From assembly GCA_964035575.1 (NCBI GenBank), contig OZ037841.1, forward strand, positions 744,001 to 808,000: a stretch of DNA of 64,000 bases. Reading direction: 5' to 3'. This stretch comes from Rhynchopus sp. YZ270_cl-10 (Eukaryota). The translations under genes and the position numbers were made by a program. The notes beneath the pieces are model-generated. The model was not told where the DNA came from and searched no databases. It saw nothing but the letters and a program-made list of their open reading frames with translations. This document shows positions 59,701 to 64,000 of this stretch, one piece after another; within the stretch, counting starts at the first letter, position 1; each line of letters begins with the position of its first letter.

Positions 59701-62700
59701 GTTACAACGCGTGGCTTTCGACACGTTGTTTTGGATGCGTTACAACGCGTGGCTTTCGACACGTTGTTTTGGATGCGTTACAACGCGTGGCTTTCGACAC
59801 GTTGTTTTAGTTGCGTTTCAACGCGTGGCTTTCTACGCGTTGTTTTGGTTGCGTTACAACGCGATGCTTTCGACGCGTTGTTTTGGTTGCGTCACAACGC
59901 GCTGTTTTCGACGCGTTGTTTTGGATGCGTTACAACGCGCTGCTTTCGACGCGTTGTTTTGGTTGCGTTACAACGCGCTGCTTTCGACGCGTTGTTTTGG
60001 TTGCGTTACAACGCGCTGTTTTCGACGCGTTGTTTTGGTTGCGTTACAACGCGCTGTTTTCGACGCGTTGTTTTGTTTGCGTTACAACGCGCTGCTTTCG
60101 ACGCGTTGTTTTGGATGCGTTACAACGCGCTGCTTTCGACGCGTTGTTTTGGTTGCGTTACAACGCGTTGTTTTCGACGCGTTGTTTTGTTTGCGTTACA
60201 ACGCGCTGTTTTCGACGCGTTGTTTTGGTTGCGTTACAACGCGCTGCTTTCGACGCGTTGTTTTGGTTGCGTTACAACGCGTTGTTTTCGACGCGTTGTT
60301 TTGGTTGCGTTACAACGCACTGTTTTCGACGCGTTGTTTTGGTTGCGTTACAACGCGCTGCTTTCGACGCGTTGTTTTGGTTGCGTTACAACGCGTTGTT
60401 TTCGACGCGTTGTTTTGTTTGCGTTACAACGCGCTGTTTTCGACGCGTTGTTTTGGTTGCGTTACAACGCGCTGCTTTCGACGCGTTGTTTTGGTTGCGT
60501 TACAACGCGTTGTTTTCGACGCGTTGTTTTGGTTGCGTTCCAACGCGCTGTTTTCGACGCGTTGTTTTGTTTGCGTTACAACGCGATGCTTTCGACGCGT
60601 TGTTTTGGTTGCGTTACAACGCGATGCTTTCGACGCGTTGTTTTGGTTGCGTTACAACGCGCTGCTTTCGACGCGTTGTTTTGGTTGCGTTACAACGCGC
60701 TGTTTTCGACGCGTTGTTTTGGTTGCGTTACAACGCGTGGCTTTCGACGCGTTGTTTTGGTTGCGTTACAACGCGCTGTTTTCGACGCGTTGTTTTGGTT
60801 GCGTTACAACGCACTGTTTTCGACGCGTTGTTTTGGTTGCGTTACAACGCGCTGCTTTCGACGCGTTGTTTTGGTTGCGTTACAACGCGTTGTTTTCGAC
60901 GCGTTGTTTTGTTTGCGTTACAACGCGCTGTTTTCGACGCGTTGTTTTGGTTGCGTTACAACGCGCTGCTTTCGACGCGTTGTTTTGGTTGCGTTACAAC
61001 GCGCTGCTTTCTACGCGTTGTTTTGTTTGCGTTACAACGCGCTGCTTTCGACGCGTTGTTTTGTTTGCGTTACAACGCGATGCTTTCGACGCGTTGTTTT
61101 GGTTGCGTTACAACGCGATGCTTTCGACGCGTTGTTTTGGATGCGTTACAACGCGCTGCTTTCGACGCGTTGTTTTGTTTGCGTTACAACGCGCTGCTTT
61201 CGACGCGTTGTTTTGGATGCGTTACAACGCGATGCTTTCGACGCGTTGTTTTGGATGCGTTACAACGCGCTGCTTTCGACGCGTTGTTTTGGATGCGTTA
61301 CAACGCGCTGCTTTGGACGCGTTGTTTTGGATGCGTTACAACGCGCTGCTTTCGACGCGTTGTTTTGGTTGCGTTACAACGCGTGGCTTTCGACGCGTTG
61401 TTTTGGTTGCGTTACAACGCGCTGCTTTCGACGCGTTGTTTTGTTTGCGTTACAACGCGCTGCTTTCGACGCGTTGTTTTGTTTGCGTTACAACGCGCTG
61501 CTTTCGACGCGTTGTTTTGTTTGCGTTACAACGCGCTGCTTTCGACGCGTTGTTTTGGATGCGTTACAACGCGCTGCTTTCGACGCGTTGTTTTGTTTGC
61601 GTTACAACGCGCTGCTTTCGACGCGTTGTTTTGGATGCGTTACAACGCGCTGCTTTCGACGCGTTGTTTTGGATGCGTTACAACGCGCTGCTTTCGACGC
61701 GTTGTTTTGGTTGCGTTACAACGCGCTGCTTTCGACGCGTTGTTTTGGTTGCGTTACAACGCGCTGTTTTCGACGCGTTGTTTTGGTTGCGTTACAACGC
61801 GCTGCTTTCGACGCGTTGTTTTGTTTGCGTTACAACGCGCTGCTTTCGACGCGTTGTTTTGTTTGCGTTACAACGCGATGCTTTCGACGCGTTGTTTTGG
61901 TTGCGTTACAACGCGCTGCTTTCGACGCGTTGTTTTGTTTGCGTTACAACGCGATGCTTTCGACGCGTTGTTTTGGTTGCGTTACAACGCGATGCTTTCG
62001 ACGCGTTGTTTTGGATGCGTTACAACGCGCTGCTTTCGACGCGTTGTTTTGGATGCGTTACAACGCGCTGTTTTCGACGCGTTGTTTTGGTTGCGTTACA
62101 ACGCGCTGCTTTCGACGCGTTGTTTTGTTTGCGTTACAACGCGCTGCTTTCGACGCGTTGTTTTGGATGCGTTACAACGCGCTGCTTTCGACGCGTTGTT
62201 TTGGATGCGTTACAACGCGCTGCTTTCGACGCGTTGTTTTGGTTGCGTTACAACGCGTTGTTTTCGACGCGTTGTTTTGTTTGCGTTACAACGCGCTGCT
62301 TTGGACGCGTTGTTTTGGTTGCGTTACAACGCGAAGCTTTCGACGCGTTGTTTTGTTTGCGTTACAACGCGCTGCTTTCGACGTGTTGTTTTGGTTGCGT
62401 TACAACGCGCTGCTTTCGACGCGTTGTTTTGGTTGCGTTACAACGCGCTGCTTTCGACGCGTTGTTTTGTTTGCGTTACAACGCGCTGCTTTCGACGTGT
62501 TGTTTTGGTTGCGTTACAACGCGCTGCTTTCGACGCGTTGTTTTGGTTGCGTTACAACGCGCTGTTTTCGACGCGTTGTTTTGGTTGCGTTACAACGCGC
62601 TGCTTTCGACGCGTTGTTTTGTTTGCGTTACAACGCGCTGCTTTCGACGCGTTGTTTTGGATGCGTTACAACGCGATGCTTTCGACGCGTTGTTTTGGAT

Positions 62701-64000
62701 GCGTTACAACGCGCTGCTTTCGACCCGTTGTTTTGGTTGCGTTACAACGCGCTGCTTTCGACGCGTTGTTTTGGTTGCGTTACAACGCGCTGTTTTCGAC
62801 GCGTTGTTTTGGTTGCGTTACAACGCGCTGCTTTCGACGCGTTGTTTTGGATGCGTTACAACGCGATGCTTTCGACGCGTTGTTTTGGATGCGTTACAAC
62901 GCGCTGCTTTCGACGCGTTGTTTTGGTTGCGTTACAACGCGCTGCTTTCGACGCGTTGTTTTGGTTGCGTTACAACGCGCTGCTTTCGACGCGTTGTTTT
63001 GGTTGCGTTACAACGCGCTGTTTTCGACGCGTTGTTTTGGTTGCGTTACAACGCGCTGCTTTCGACGCGTTGTTTTGGTTGCGTTACAACGCGCTGTTTT
63101 CGACGCGTTGTTTTGTTTGCGTTACAACGCGCTGCTTTCGACGCGTTGTTTTGGTTGCGTTACAACGCGCTGCTTTCGACGCGTTGTTTTGGATGCGTTA
63201 CAACGCGCTGCTTTCGACGCGTTGTTTTGGTTGCGTTACAACGCGTTGTTTTCGACGCGTTGTTTTGGTTGCGTTACAACGCACTGTTTTCGACGCGTTG
63301 TTTTGGTTGCGTTACAACGCGCTGCTTTCGACGCGTTGTTTTGGTTGCGTTACAACGCGTTGTTTTCGACGCGTTGTTTTGTTTGCGTTACAACGCGCTG
63401 TTTTCGACGCGTTGTTTTGGTTGCGTTACAACGCGCTGCTTTCGACGCGTTGTTTTGGTTGCGTTACAACGCGTTGTTTTCGACGCGTTGTTTTGGTTGC
63501 GTTACAACGCACTGTTTTCGACGCGTTGTTTTGGTTGCGTTACAACGCGCTGCTTTCGACGCGTTGTTTTGGTTGCGTTACAACGCGTTGTTTTCGACGC
63601 GTTGTTTTGTTTGCGTTACAACGCGCTGCTTTGGACGCGTTGTTTTGGTTGCGTTACAACGCGCTGCTTTCGACGCGTTGTTTTGGTTGCGTTACAACGC
63701 GTTGTTTTCGACGCGTTGTTTTGTTTGCGCTACAACGCGCTGTTTTCGACGCGTTGTTTTGGTTGCGTTACAACGCGCTGCTTTCGACGCGTTGTTTTGG
63801 TTGCGTTACAACGCGTTGTTTTCGACGCGTTGTTTTGGTTGCGTTCCAACGCGCTGTTTTCGACGCGTTGTTTTGTTTGCGTTACAACGCGATGCTTACG
63901 AAGCGTTGTTTTGGTTGCGTTACAACGCGATGCTTTCGACGCGTTGTTTTGGTTGCGTTACAACGCGCTGCTTTCGACGCGTTGTTTTGGTTGCGTTACA

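Larger units (their letters stand above)
32745..64000. repeat. 38-bp satellite array, consensus GCGTTACAACGCGCTGCTTTCGACGCGTTGTTTTGGTT, about 770 monomers in the window, continuing past the right end
   Basis: Directly visible head-to-tail tandem repeat in a single orientation, interrupted only at 52567-54551. Confidence 0.99.

Noticed and set aside
32682..59810. Giant plus-strand ORFs (up to 4370 aa) across the satellite
   Set aside because: The 38-bp consensus has no plus-strand stop in any frame, so all three frames are open and give the same 38-aa repeat. The ORF ends coincide with rare TGA/TAG variant monomers.
32745..64000. CRISPR array interpretation of the hairpin-forming 38-bp repeat
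   Set aside because: Monomers are head-to-tail with no unique spacers, no cas genes are present, and the context is eukaryotic.
1..64000. tRNA, rRNA and telomeric repeat tracts
   Set aside because: None recognised by eye. A covariance-model search would be needed to exclude small RNAs.

Overview
Eukaryotic genomic DNA, most likely from a euglenozoan protist (diplonemid-like). This assignment is inferred from gene content, strand organisation and PETDA-type repeats, and is not proven. The left half (1-32.3 kb) is a co-oriented cluster in which every credible host gene lies on the minus strand. These are a secreted vWA/Cys-rich modular protein running off the window, a MIF4G-like protein, homoaconitase, a PEX11-like protein, a small membrane protein, RPS28, a secreted multicopper oxidase with PETDA repeats, a spliced gene with a degenerate eIF4E-like domain plus coiled coil, and a CBM9-like protein. 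The intergenic DNA holds several non-autonomous terminal-inverted-repeat (TIR) elements with different target-site duplications (9 bp, 3 bp, TA, 7-9 bp). The right half (about 32.7 kb to the window end) is one CpG-rich, hairpin-forming 38-bp satellite of roughly 770 monomers. It keeps 38-bp register at all landmarks checked and shows multi-kilobase higher-order structure. It is interrupted once, by a 1985-bp non-coding element with CAAGG termini, 22-bp TIRs and a 7-bp TSD. The giant ORFs in the satellite are repeat artefacts.
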